A stretch of 64,000 bases of DNA. It comes from Candidatus Curtissbacteria bacterium RIFOXYA1_FULL_41_14. Lineage in GTDB: Bacteria; Patescibacteriota; Microgenomatia; Curtissbacterales; GWA2-41-24. The translations under genes and the position numbers were made by a program. Location: assembly GCA_001775095.1 (NCBI GenBank), contig MFCA01000029.1:153173-217172 (forward strand), written 5' to 3'. The notes beneath the pieces were generated by a model, which ran no database searches, was not told the DNA's origin, and saw only the letters and a list, made by a program, of their open reading frames with translations. Of the stretch, positions 30,198 through 39,529 are shown piece by piece (within the stretch, counting starts at the first letter, position 1; the number at the start of each line of letters is the position of its first letter).

Positions 30198-31609
30198 TTT
30201 TCAATCCTTGGTCTTATTTCAATAACCGGCATACCTTCTGGTAATTTGGGATCATCTTTGAAAGTTGCAAAAATGCTTTTAAGAGTAGGTTCGTTGTAAA
30301 TTACTTTAATTGCATCTTGATCACCTAAAGATTGACGAATATTCTCTTTTTTTGTGTAAAAACCTTTGTCCGCTTCCTTAAAAAGAAAAATAGAATTAGG
30401 CTGTGGATCTGGTGCCACTTTTTTGGCATAAGCAGTGTAGGCTTTAGATATTGCCTGTTCGTTGACTATCCAATGTGTTCGTCTCGTGAATTGTAAATTT
30501 GCCCAACTTGAAAAAACCCATAGGATCACAAAAGCCACCCACCAGATTCTGTTGGAATCTCTGAAGATTATAGAAATAATGTATAGTACTCCTAAGCCTG
30601 CGAATGACAGATAAACAGAATATGAATGACTAGGAAGGGCAATAACCGGCAGGAGACCTAAAATTATCCATGAAAAACCGAATATAAATAATCGTAATTT
30701 TTTTCTAGAATGGGAAAGAATTTGTTGAATTAATAAAACTATTATTAGGATAACTGGTAAGGAAATTTTCCAAAATTGTATTAGAACTTTTATTGACTGA
30801 ACTGGTCGGCTTTGATCAATCAAATCTTTAAAGCTCTCGGGAAAATTTAAAGCCCACCCTAAATACCAAATCAAATTGTCAAATATTAAATGATTTATAG
30901 TTATCTGATACTGGTGCTTTGCCGGTATGGGGAAAATGAAGAATCTGACAATAAGATAGATAGCGATAATGGCCAAATATGGCCTAAGTTCTTTTAAGTA
31001 ATTTTTATTTTTAATTAAATAACCCCAGCCGAATATTATTAAAGGTAAAACTAATGCTAACTCAGATGATGCCAATGCAAGAAAAAAAGCTGCGAAGCTG
31101 ATTGATAAAAGGTGCTTTTTAGTATTTTGTGTATATTTGATGAAGTATATAAAAGATATTACCTGGAAAAATGGACTGATGATATAAGATGAGGTGGAAA
31201 GCCAGCTCAAGCTCATAAAATGTATTGGCCAAACCGCATAGAGAGATGGGGCTATAAGTGCAATTTTTCGATCTCCAACTAATAGTACAAACAGTTGATA
31301 AACACACAAGATCAGCAGGAAAAATATTCCAAAGACGATAAGATGATATCCAAAGGGATTTAATCCAAAAAATATTTTATTAAAGGCGAAAAAAATCGGC
31401 ACGGAAAGAGGGCGCCAGTAAATAACATCTGTATGGAAAGAAAAAAATGATTTTAAGTCACCTGTTCTAACCCAATTTAAAACAGACCAGTCATCCTGAA
31501 AAAAATAATAATTGAGGCTTGGGTAATATAAAAAAAGACTCGCGGTAAAAATAATCAAGAAGGAAATAATCCAAATTAAATTATTCTTCGAGTGATTGAT
31601 GAGTGTCAT
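30194..31609 (-). CDS. Polytopic membrane protein family D, paralog D2
   Basis: 471 aa. 'NYYFFQDDWSVLNWV...VIYWRPLSVPIFF'. Tandem with D1 and a 4-nt overlap. Confidence 0.5.
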   Translation of the reverse strand: MTLINHSKNNLIWIISFLIIFTASLFLYYPSLNYYFFQDDWSVLNWVRTGDLKSFFSFHTDVIYWRPLSVPIFFAFNKIFFGLNPFGYHLIVFGIFFLLILCVYQLFVLLVGDRKIALIAPSLYAVWPIHFMSLSWLSTSSYIISPFFQVISFIYFIKYTQNTKKHLLSISFAAFFLALASSELALVLPLIIFGWGYLIKNKNYLKELRPYLAIIAIYLIVRFFIFPIPAKHQYQITINHLIFDNLIWYLGWALNFPESFKDLIDQSRPVQSIKVLIQFWKISLPVILIIVLLIQQILSHSRKKLRLFIFGFSWIILGLLPVIALPSHSYSVYLSFAGLGVLYIISIIFRDSNRIWWVAFVILWVFSSWANLQFTRRTHWIVNEQAISKAYTAYAKKVAPDPQPNSIFLFKEADKGFYTKKENIRQSLGDQDAIKVIYNEPTLKSIFATFKDDPKLPEGMPVIEIRPRIEK

Positions 31610-32316
31610 TTATTAGGTAGACCTTTAAGCCTTTTCACTATTGCCCAAAGATACCATTTGAGATATTTGGGCAACCATTTGGCTAGGTAAAACCTGGACT
31701 CTTTCGCAAGATATGTCCAGGTTGTAGGAACTTCACCAACCTTATAGCCGCCAAAGTGAGCTTTGACTGTGAGCTCTATAGCCAGCTCAAATCCCCCATC
31801 TGATTCAACCTCCATGTTTAGTAAAAATTTTCTCGAATAAAGACGGAATGAATTGGTTGCATCATGAGTCGGGAGTCCAACAACATAATGGAGGCTTATT
31901 CCGGCAACACGGGACAAAATTTGCTTAATGAGTGGTCCGCCTATCTGGTGTCCGCCTTTCATATATCTTGAAGCTGCCACAACATCAAAACCTTTTTCAA
32001 ACTTTGCCATCATTTCATTTAGAACTTTTGGGTCATCCGTAAGATCTGCCATCATTACACAGACTGCATCTCCTTGAGCCTTTTTAAGACCCGTTTTGAG
32101 TGCATTCAATGCTCCCCTGCCGTAAATATTTTTGACGAGTTTGATGCTGGGGTATTTTTTTTGAAAGTTTTTGACGGGAGTAATGGTAGTATCATCATCC
32201 ATGTCATAAACTATCAGCAGTTCGTGGGGAATTTTAACTGTCGATTCAACCTGTTTTAGAGTTTCGCCAATGATATCGCCTTCGTTATAGACAGGCATCA
32301 CAATTGAAAGCTGCAT
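31606..32316 (-). CDS. Polyprenol-phosphate mannose/glucose synthase (Dpm1/GtrB-like GT2)
   Basis: 236 aa soluble GT2. 'LSIVMPVYNEGDII...VCVMMADLTDDPKVLNEMMAKFEKGFDVVAASRY' is typical of dolichol/polyprenol-phosphate mannosyltransferases. Confidence 0.65.
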   Translation of the reverse strand: MQLSIVMPVYNEGDIIGETLKQVESTVKIPHELLIVYDMDDDTTITPVKNFQKKYPSIKLVKNIYGRGALNALKTGLKKAQGDAVCVMMADLTDDPKVLNEMMAKFEKGFDVVAASRYMKGGHQIGGPLIKQILSRVAGISLHYVVGLPTHDATNSFRLYSRKFLLNMEVESDGGFELAIELTVKAHFGGYKVGEVPTTWTYLAKESRFYLAKWLPKYLKWYLWAIVKRLKGLPNK

Positions 32317-32353
32317 GGATAGATTGTAATGGAGAAAAACTAGCTAGTCAAAA

Positions 32354-32986
32354 TTAAGGTTTACAACCCCACTGGTACCAAGGGGGGTTTCCTACTTCAA
32401 GGTCGCGAAGATAGGTTTTGTAGGCAACTTGTGCATTAATCACCGGATCTGACCAGAGACTAAAGTCTACTCCGAATTCATGGAACCAATCCTCACCAAG
32501 TTGAAATAAGCCGTACCAAGGGCCTTTAGGATTTATTTTATCCGGCTGGTTAGTACTTTCACAGAATACAACCGATGCCGCTTGTCCCTGCAATTCTGCC
32601 GGCCAACCTGCGCTAGTTAGCCAGTTAAAAACAATACCGGGTGGATGCTGTGTTTCTGCTGACAAAGCCTGAACAGGTAGATTTTCCTCAGTCGGAGTTG
32701 ATTTTATAGGAATGGGAGTAGCCCTGGTAATAAGTTGCAGGTCAATTTTAATAGGGCCTTGGGTGAGTTGTGGGATTGAAAAAGATCCGGAAAGAGCTTT
32801 TATTTCTCTAGCTGTTAATACTCTGTGGGCTTTACTTGCTGAATCTTGATTTTGATTGCTTGTATTCTGATTCTCGGTGTATACTGCTGCTGAAGCAGCA
32901 AGAACCATAACGGCCAACGGCCGCCAAAGGTTAGTTGCTTTGAATTTTTCCGCGCCCGGCGCGCGTTTTTTGGTTTCAGGTCCCAC
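32354..32986 (-). CDS. Secreted lytic transglycosylase (SLT domain). GTG start assumed. The start may instead be the internal ATG near 32908.
   Basis: 'VVFCESTNQPDKINPKGPWYGLFQL' matches the SLT E-S...NP...GLMQ motif. The N-terminus has a basic n-region plus a hydrophobic stretch. Confidence 0.55.
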   Translation of the reverse strand: MGPETKKRAPGAEKFKATNLWRPLAVMVLAASAAVYTENQNTSNQNQDSASKAHRVLTAREIKALSGSFSIPQLTQGPIKIDLQLITRATPIPIKSTPTEENLPVQALSAETQHPPGIVFNWLTSAGWPAELQGQAASVVFCESTNQPDKINPKGPWYGLFQLGEDWFHEFGVDFSLWSDPVINAQVAYKTYLRDLEVGNPPWYQWGCKP

Positions 32987-33030
32987 TGATTCCTTTCTGT
33001 GTACCGGGCGCGTTTTTTATGGGAAAGAAT

Positions 33031-33060
33031 CAAAAAACCTCTCCAGAAACTTGGAGAGGC
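33031..33060 (-). terminator. Intrinsic terminator (minus strand) about 190 nt downstream of the dehydrogenase gene
   Basis: Minus-strand RNA ggccucuccaaguuucuggagagguuuuuug: 8-bp GC-containing stem plus U6. Confidence 0.55.
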
Positions 33061-33247
33061 CGAGTGAAGATTTGAAACTTCCTTGCACCCGGCGTGCACC
33101 TTGTGCTTCGGGTTGCGGATGCTTAAATCTTGCGGTGGAAGTACCGCGCTTGCCCTTCGACTATGCTGAAGGACAGTTCTAGCATCACTGTATTTCGTTT
33201 TTAAAACTTTTTAATACTAACAAAAATCTCCTTAAAATGCAATTCTT

Positions 33248-34582
33248 TTAGAGGTCGCGCCATTTGGTTTCGAAGATTTCGCCGAGGCCTTCTGAGGACT
33301 TGCTTTGTGTCAAATGATTTTCCAGTGATTTGATTGTAAAAATAATCTTGTTAGTTTTGAATACATTCCAAACATCACAGATTATGCAGTTTGTAGAAAC
33401 GAGTTTTTTTACTTTTGCGATATCTAATTTTTTGTAATAAGAGTGGTTCGTTGCCAAAAATATAAAATCAGCATCTTTTAAAGTCTCATTCAAATCATTT
33501 TGATATCCCGACACGTAGGGATCATGAAGACAAACCTTTGCTCTTTCCCTTTCTAGTGCCTTTTTAACCTTGAAAGCCAGAGACTCTCTAATATCATCTA
33601 TTTCCGCTTTAAAAGCTAAACCTAAAATTACTGCCTTTTTACCCTCTAGCTTTCGTCGGTTTTTGATCTTTCCTATCAGAAAGAGAGGAATCGATTCATT
33701 GATTTTCCAGCTTGTTGTGATCAGGTCAGCAAAAGGGACATCACCTACCAAAAAGAAACCGTCTTTAAAAAGACATGGCCCACCTGTTAATCCGGGAAGC
33801 GCTAATCCTCCTCTTTTATAATTTTTATTAACTAAATCAACAATTTTGTAAATGTCCCGATTATGATTACCGGCCAAAATCATGAATTCATTAGCAATCG
33901 CAAAATTAATATATCTGTACATATTTGTAAAAAGTTTGGCAAGTTCGGCCGAGACATCGTCGGTTTTATTTACTTTTATTCCCAGGCTTTCAAAAAAATC
34001 GCAGGCTTTCTGGGTGCTGGCCCTGTCCACGCCGCCAACAATTTGGGGTATTTCGGCAAGTTCGGTTAAAGATCTTCCTTCTGCGATTCTTTCCGGACAG
34101 AAAGCCAGGAAAAAATTAATGCCAACTTTGAGTTTGCCCAGATCATTAAGGTAAGATTTGACATAACTTGTTGTGCCCGGTGAAACTGTTGATCTTAATA
34201 TCAAAAGTTGACCGGCTGAAAAGTGGTGACGGGCCGTCTCGAGGGCTTTGTCTATTTGGACCAGAGAAGGATTCATGTTTTCATCAACCGGAGTTCCAAG
34301 AGTTAAAATTATTACCTTGGACTTCGCAATATGAGCAAAATCTGTGGAGAAAAAAAGATTCTTGTTTACATGCTTCTTTAGGAGAGAATCAGCTCCTTCT
34401 TCCACAAAGGGCATATTCCCGTGCGACATTAAGCTAATCCTTTCTTCGTTAACGTCCAGGCCGATAACTTGATGTCCTCTGTCTGCCAGAAAAATCGCCA
34501 GAGGCAGACCGACTCGGCCGACGCCGACGACTGCGACGGTTACTTTTCTAATTTTCCTTGGGCTCTTTGTGCTTTTAGCCAA
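33248..34582 (-). CDS. Nucleotide-sugar 6-dehydrogenase (UDP-GlcNAc/UDP-ManNAc dehydrogenase family)
   Basis: 'VAVVGVGRVGLPLAIFLADRGHQVIGLDVNEERI' Rossmann motif, 'GGPCLFKD' catalytic Cys, 'GLAFKAEIDDIRES'. Confidence 0.75.
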   Translation of the reverse strand: MAKSTKSPRKIRKVTVAVVGVGRVGLPLAIFLADRGHQVIGLDVNEERISLMSHGNMPFVEEGADSLLKKHVNKNLFFSTDFAHIAKSKVIILTLGTPVDENMNPSLVQIDKALETARHHFSAGQLLILRSTVSPGTTSYVKSYLNDLGKLKVGINFFLAFCPERIAEGRSLTELAEIPQIVGGVDRASTQKACDFFESLGIKVNKTDDVSAELAKLFTNMYRYINFAIANEFMILAGNHNRDIYKIVDLVNKNYKRGGLALPGLTGGPCLFKDGFFLVGDVPFADLITTSWKINESIPLFLIGKIKNRRKLEGKKAVILGLAFKAEIDDIRESLAFKVKKALERERAKVCLHDPYVSGYQNDLNETLKDADFIFLATNHSYYKKLDIAKVKKLVSTNCIICDVWNVFKTNKIIFTIKSLENHLTQSKSSEGLGEIFETKWRDL

Positions 34583-35517
34583 TTTATAACCTCCTTTAAT
34601 CCTTCTTCAAATTTTACTTGCGGCTCCCAATCTAGAAGTTTTTTTGCTTTTTGGACGTCCGGGACCCTTCTTTTGATATCAAATTTAAATCCTCTTACAA
34701 AATTAACCTTAAATGGCTTTGTAATTTCCATTACTTTCCAGATTTTCGCAGCCAAGTCGATCATTTTTATTTCCTTGTCCGTTCCAATATTGAAATCTTC
34801 ATTCTCCCCTTTCGGATTGAGAGAGGTAGTAATAATTCCCCGGGCAATATCGGAAACATGAGTAAAACAGCGGGTTTGTTGCCCATCACCCAACATGTCC
34901 AGCGGGTATTGATCTGATAATATTTTTCTTATAAGATCCGGAATAACATGGGCATAGCCAACTTCTCTTTCGGGAAACTCGTTTACTCCGTATGCATTAA
35001 ATGGTCTGCAGATAGAAAACGGTAATTTATATTGATCATAGAATGAACGACAATACCATTCACCCGTTAGCTTGGAAAACCCATAAGAAGAAATTGGTGG
35101 AGGAATTTTTTCCACATCTCCCTCTTTCGAGGGAAAATGATCCGCAGACTCAAAAACCATTGAGGATGAAATATAGACCATTCTTTTGATATTGGCGGCA
35201 ACCGCCGCTTCAAAAGTACTTGAGTAAATTTTATTGTTTTCGGAAAGAATTGTTGCAGGGTATTTATGGAAATAACCAATACCGCCGATTTTGGCCGCGG
35301 TGTTAATGCAAATATCAATTTGCGCAAATGCCTTTTTTGTCTTTTGAAGGTCAGTGAGGTCAATCTTGATAAACTCTGCTCTCGGATCGACTTGAGCGTC
35401 TTTTTTTGAAAGATTATCGGCAACACGAACAGAGTATCCTTGATCTATAAGTTGACGGACAATTTCGGATCCGATAAATCCGGCTCCGCCAGTGATTAAG
35501 AATTTTGCTTTCGCCAT
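34540..35517 (-). CDS. NAD-dependent sugar epimerase/dehydratase (extended SDR)
   Basis: 'FLITGGAGFIGSEIVRQL' plus 'YGFSKLTGE' YxxxK. Confidence 0.7.
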   Translation of the reverse strand: MAKAKFLITGGAGFIGSEIVRQLIDQGYSVRVADNLSKKDAQVDPRAEFIKIDLTDLQKTKKAFAQIDICINTAAKIGGIGYFHKYPATILSENNKIYSSTFEAAVAANIKRMVYISSSMVFESADHFPSKEGDVEKIPPPISSYGFSKLTGEWYCRSFYDQYKLPFSICRPFNAYGVNEFPEREVGYAHVIPDLIRKILSDQYPLDMLGDGQQTRCFTHVSDIARGIITTSLNPKGENEDFNIGTDKEIKMIDLAAKIWKVMEITKPFKVNFVRGFKFDIKRRVPDVQKAKKLLDWEPQVKFEEGLKEVINWLKAQRAQGKLEK

Positions 35518-37100
35518 TGAAAATAGAAAAAAATGCCAGTTGCGATTAAAGCTATCAATGAAATGATTTCGCTGCCTAAGTGAACCGGCGATCTTTTGTA
35601 TTTGATTATAGCTGTGTGTTCACCGACAGGCAAGTCAAAATTTATCAAACCAAGGGAATTTTGATAATTAATAGGGACTTGACTGTTATCGATTGTTACT
35701 TTCCACCCGGGAAAATAGACTGTATTAACTCTAATCTTTGATTCTGATGAGGCAAGTATTGATGCTTGATAGAAAGAAGGTTTTACGATAACTTGCTCAA
35801 TTTTTGCGTCACCTTCAATAACTTCAATTTTTTGATTTGCCCGGTTTGCCGGTTTTTCCTGCGCCCAAACTGGCAAATATTCGTCTCGTACAGCTGTCGA
35901 GTCTTCGTTGGTTGAATAAAACCCCTCTCCCCTGTTAACAAAAGCCGAGGGCTTGGTATAGACAATCGTTGAAATAATACTTGCGGAAATAATCAGCAAA
36001 GAAAGTACAGTCTTTTTCCCCTTTGCGCAAGTTATGACATAAGCTGCCAAAAAGGCTGATATAAAAACTATTAAGGAAAGCAGTCTCCATGGAAATTGAA
36101 TAACGTCAATAAAAGGTAAATTTTGCCAGATAAACAATGAGGATTTTGTCATTAAGAAAAAAATAAGCAAAGAGATAACAAGAGAGATATCGACAGTTAA
36201 ATTATTAGTCTTTATTTTCCGGCGTAAATATAGAGCTGATAAAAAAATCGCCAACGTAACAATCCCAAATTGGACGGAAAGTCCAGACGAATCGTTTGGA
36301 TTTGGGCCATAACCCCAAGAAGGCACTACTAAATTCAATGGAGCGACTAGATGATCAGCAATATTTGAAACGTCAATCTGGGAAAGACGAACAAATCTTA
36401 AATCATATAGTGCCGGCAACCAAAAAAAGGTAGAAATTAGTATTCCGAGTATAAAAGAGCCGACTACCTTGATCCTTTCTCTCTTTTTAAAGACGAGAGA
36501 AATAATCATGAAAAGAGGTAGAAATAAAATCGCAATTACATTATGGGAAAGAATTAAGCTAGCAGTGGAAATGGAAAGAAGCGGCAGAAAGAGCTTACTG
36601 CCATTAGCAATCTTAAAAATGCAGCCGGCCACCAACGGAATAATGGCAAATGCCAGACTTTCTCCTAAAGAACCTCTGACATATAAATCAACGAATCTGT
36701 AAGGGACAAACAGATAAACAATTGCACCCGCAAGACTGGCTCTTGCGCTAAAAACTTGCAAAAGCGCCCAGTACATTGCCAGCGACGAAGTTACTGTAGA
36801 AACAACAAAAATGATTTTAATACTGTCAACAAAACTAAAACCTAAAACTTTGGGGATTTCGGCAAGATAAAACGGTAACGGATAAAGAAAATTTAAAACA
36901 GGATAGCCGTAATTATTATTAAGCCGATCGACAAATCTAACAGGAAATTGACCACTTGTTAATGCTTGATGGAAAGCGGAAAAACGAATGACCATCCATT
37001 CGCCATCGTGACTTTCAAAGTAGCCTTTTTTAAAAAATGGCCAGAGGCAAATTAGCGAAAGAATTATTATTATTACCAGCGGAAACCATTTTTTCATCAA
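35496..37100 (-). CDS. Polytopic membrane protein family C, paralog C2
   Basis: 534 aa. 'HDGEWMVIRFSAFHQALTSGQFPVRFVDRLNNNYGYPVLNFLYPL...GFSFVDSIKI'. Confidence 0.5.
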   Translation of the reverse strand: MMKKWFPLVIIIILSLICLWPFFKKGYFESHDGEWMVIRFSAFHQALTSGQFPVRFVDRLNNNYGYPVLNFLYPLPFYLAEIPKVLGFSFVDSIKIIFVVSTVTSSLAMYWALLQVFSARASLAGAIVYLFVPYRFVDLYVRGSLGESLAFAIIPLVAGCIFKIANGSKLFLPLLSISTASLILSHNVIAILFLPLFMIISLVFKKRERIKVVGSFILGILISTFFWLPALYDLRFVRLSQIDVSNIADHLVAPLNLVVPSWGYGPNPNDSSGLSVQFGIVTLAIFLSALYLRRKIKTNNLTVDISLVISLLIFFLMTKSSLFIWQNLPFIDVIQFPWRLLSLIVFISAFLAAYVITCAKGKKTVLSLLIISASIISTIVYTKPSAFVNRGEGFYSTNEDSTAVRDEYLPVWAQEKPANRANQKIEVIEGDAKIEQVIVKPSFYQASILASSESKIRVNTVYFPGWKVTIDNSQVPINYQNSLGLINFDLPVGEHTAIIKYKRSPVHLGSEIISLIALIATGIFFYFQWRKQNS

Positions 37101-39529
37101 AACACTTTTTTTCTTATTGTGTAAGCTGTCATGATTATTAGAATAATAATTGATAAGGCGCTAAGCCCGGCACCAAGAATGAAAGATTTCGGCTGGTATT
37201 TAAACTCAACCTGATGATGGTTTTGCGGGACCGCAACGCTTCTAAAAGCATAGTGAGTACGCATAAGTTCTGACTTTTGTCCGTCAATATACACATTCCA
37301 GTCTTGGTCATATGTGTCTGAGATGAAAAGCAAAGAATTATAATCCAGATTAGTAGCGATAGATATCTCATTGGGTTCGTAGTTTATTATTTTTGGTTGA
37401 ACAATAGGCAAATTTTCTTTTTCAATTTTTATTGGGGGTTCTTGTTCTAAGATTAGAGTTTCCAAGTTAAAGCTTGGATCATAGATTTTTTGAATTATCT
37501 CCTGGTCGTTTTTGGCAATGAGGTAATTTGTAGTAAGAAATATTCTTGGCAGAACAGGTCTTCTTTCATAGACTTGAAACTTCTCTTCTTGCCATACCCC
37601 CGTGACATTATCATTTGGAAAATGTTCATAGTGCCAATCGCTATCAGTCTTTGGATTATCTTCTTTGTCCAATAGATATTTAACACCCAAAAGATCAAAA
37701 ATTCTTTTTCTGTAACCGTTTTCTTCGTTGGGGACAACACCGTCAGACCTTAAGTACGAAGACGGAACGCTGCCGTTAAAACTTGAGGCAAGAAGTTCGG
37801 CATATCTTTTGTTTCTCAAAGTGTCATAGCCCTCAATACCATATACCTGGTAATGGGTTGGGAAATTAAAGTCGATATGAGTTGTTCCTGCTCCGTAAAA
37901 TCTATATAAACCGCTATTGTCTCTTAACCAGTCGAAAAGCATATGGTCGGGGAAAATAAACTGCTTCGGGGCAACCGGCAAAAATTTATTAGTATAGTAG
38001 ATTCCGCCAACAAGCATTACCATAAACATGCTGGATACAAGAAAGATTTTCAACATGTTATTTGATAATTTAATTTTTGTTACTATGATTTGAATCATAG
38101 TAACAATTAAGGGTATTGAAACAAACATCAAAGTCGGTAGGATAAGATTTCTGCGGGTTACTGAAAGATTAGTCTGCCAAATTTCTTGAGGCTTTAGGAA
38201 AAACTTTCCTAAGATCGCAAAAAGCCAAAGCAACGCATAAATAACTCCAAGCAGCATGAGGAATTTTGAAATTTTTTTCAGATAAGTTTTGTTTTGGAAA
38301 TTTTTAACAAAATCTTCAAATCCGAAAGCGGCTAGAATGACCAGTAGAAAAATTGAAATTGAAATAAATCTTGAGGGCGTGGTTGCATCCAAAAGCGGAA
38401 TCTTTAAGGTTTTAATAAGATATGTTATCGGTCCGTGAACTGCGACTAGTATAAAAAAAGCCGATGTGAAAGCAGCAAACTTTGTAAAAGAAACCTTCCA
38501 TAATTTAACAATTGCCCAAAGAGCAAAAACCAAGGGAATAACCCCAAAATAAGGGGTAAAGTCTCCATAACTTTGACTCCAAAAATTATTGTTGGCGGGA
38601 TGACCAAAAAAATCGCTGGCAAAAAAGGTTATTAAGTTTTTAAAAGGTATGATGGATCTCTCAAATACTTCTTTGGAAAAAGGTAGCGAGATTGGTGAAT
38701 TTTTGTAAAACCCGTAAGTTGGGACCAATTGGATAGCACCGAGTAAAAGTGATGTTAGCACAGATATTATATAAATAAATAAATTTGCAAAAACTCTTTT
38801 ATTGGCGGATTTAAAAAGCCAATAAATAAATGTGGCCAGGTATAGATAAATTGCTGTTTGGGGATGACCAGCAAGAGTCGATAATGTAAGGGACAAAATA
38901 AGGATTAAAACATAACGCCATTTACCCGCCGGCTGCTCCCCTTCAAAGTAATTGTTGATCGCCCAAAATGATAGGGGCAGCCAGATGTAACTGTGGGCAA
39001 TATTGACATTTTCCATCCATGTAACAAGATAACTGGAAAACATAAAAGCAGTTGAGCCAAATAGTGAAGCGACCGAAGAAAGCCTAAAACTCCTTAAAGC
39101 CAGATACATAAAAATTCCTCCTAACAGCGGCTGGATTACGACAAGAAGGATCCAGGTATTTTGGGTACTGGTTAAAAAATATAAAAGGTTAAGGGGGAAA
39201 AAGACGCTAGACTGGAAATTCGCAAGAAGCGGTTGTCCGGAAAACGTATATGGATTCCAAAGCGGAAATTGGCCGTTTTTAAATTGTGAGATAGCAAATT
39301 CTTTCCAAAGATAAATCTGACGAATTGCATCCGCGTTCAATAGCTCTTTATGAGTAGTCCAAGGGTTATAACCTTCCCAACCGCCTGAATACCAAGGGAA
39401 ATAAAAAGAAACTAATAAATCGGCCGGAATCGGATATAGCCCTTTAAGAAAAATCTTAAAAAAAATAAAGAGGGTAAAGATACAAATTACGGCAAGGGGT
39501 AAAAAAAATGAAAATTCCTTCTTTTTCAT
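37097..39529 (-). CDS. YfhO-like large polytopic membrane protein, paralog Y2
   Basis: 810 aa. 'LWNPYTFSGQPLLANFQSSVFFPLN' block is shared with 15380..17860. Confidence 0.5.
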   Translation of the reverse strand: MKKKEFSFFLPLAVICIFTLFIFFKIFLKGLYPIPADLLVSFYFPWYSGGWEGYNPWTTHKELLNADAIRQIYLWKEFAISQFKNGQFPLWNPYTFSGQPLLANFQSSVFFPLNLLYFLTSTQNTWILLVVIQPLLGGIFMYLALRSFRLSSVASLFGSTAFMFSSYLVTWMENVNIAHSYIWLPLSFWAINNYFEGEQPAGKWRYVLILILSLTLSTLAGHPQTAIYLYLATFIYWLFKSANKRVFANLFIYIISVLTSLLLGAIQLVPTYGFYKNSPISLPFSKEVFERSIIPFKNLITFFASDFFGHPANNNFWSQSYGDFTPYFGVIPLVFALWAIVKLWKVSFTKFAAFTSAFFILVAVHGPITYLIKTLKIPLLDATTPSRFISISIFLLVILAAFGFEDFVKNFQNKTYLKKISKFLMLLGVIYALLWLFAILGKFFLKPQEIWQTNLSVTRRNLILPTLMFVSIPLIVTMIQIIVTKIKLSNNMLKIFLVSSMFMVMLVGGIYYTNKFLPVAPKQFIFPDHMLFDWLRDNSGLYRFYGAGTTHIDFNFPTHYQVYGIEGYDTLRNKRYAELLASSFNGSVPSSYLRSDGVVPNEENGYRKRIFDLLGVKYLLDKEDNPKTDSDWHYEHFPNDNVTGVWQEEKFQVYERRPVLPRIFLTTNYLIAKNDQEIIQKIYDPSFNLETLILEQEPPIKIEKENLPIVQPKIINYEPNEISIATNLDYNSLLFISDTYDQDWNVYIDGQKSELMRTHYAFRSVAVPQNHHQVEFKYQPKSFILGAGLSALSIIILIIMTAYTIRKKVF

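Noticed and set aside
32877-33182. 101-aa plus-strand ORF across the GC-rich region
   Set aside because: It is Arg/Ala/Cys-rich and generated by GC-rich hairpin sequence antisense to a real gene and its leader. It has no SD and looks like a composition artefact.
33120-33185. 20-codon ATG ORF (MLELSFSIVEGQARYFHRKI) in the 3'UTR of the dehydrogenase
   Set aside because: No Shine-Dalgarno sequence upstream, so it is probably fortuitous.
33070-33200. Weak resemblance to glycine riboswitch elements (CGAAGGGCAAG ... CUGGAGAGG)
   Set aside because: The motifs are in the wrong order. GGAGAG is part of the terminator stem. The downstream gene (lytic transglycosylase) is not a glycine-regulon gene. 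The match is too weak to call.
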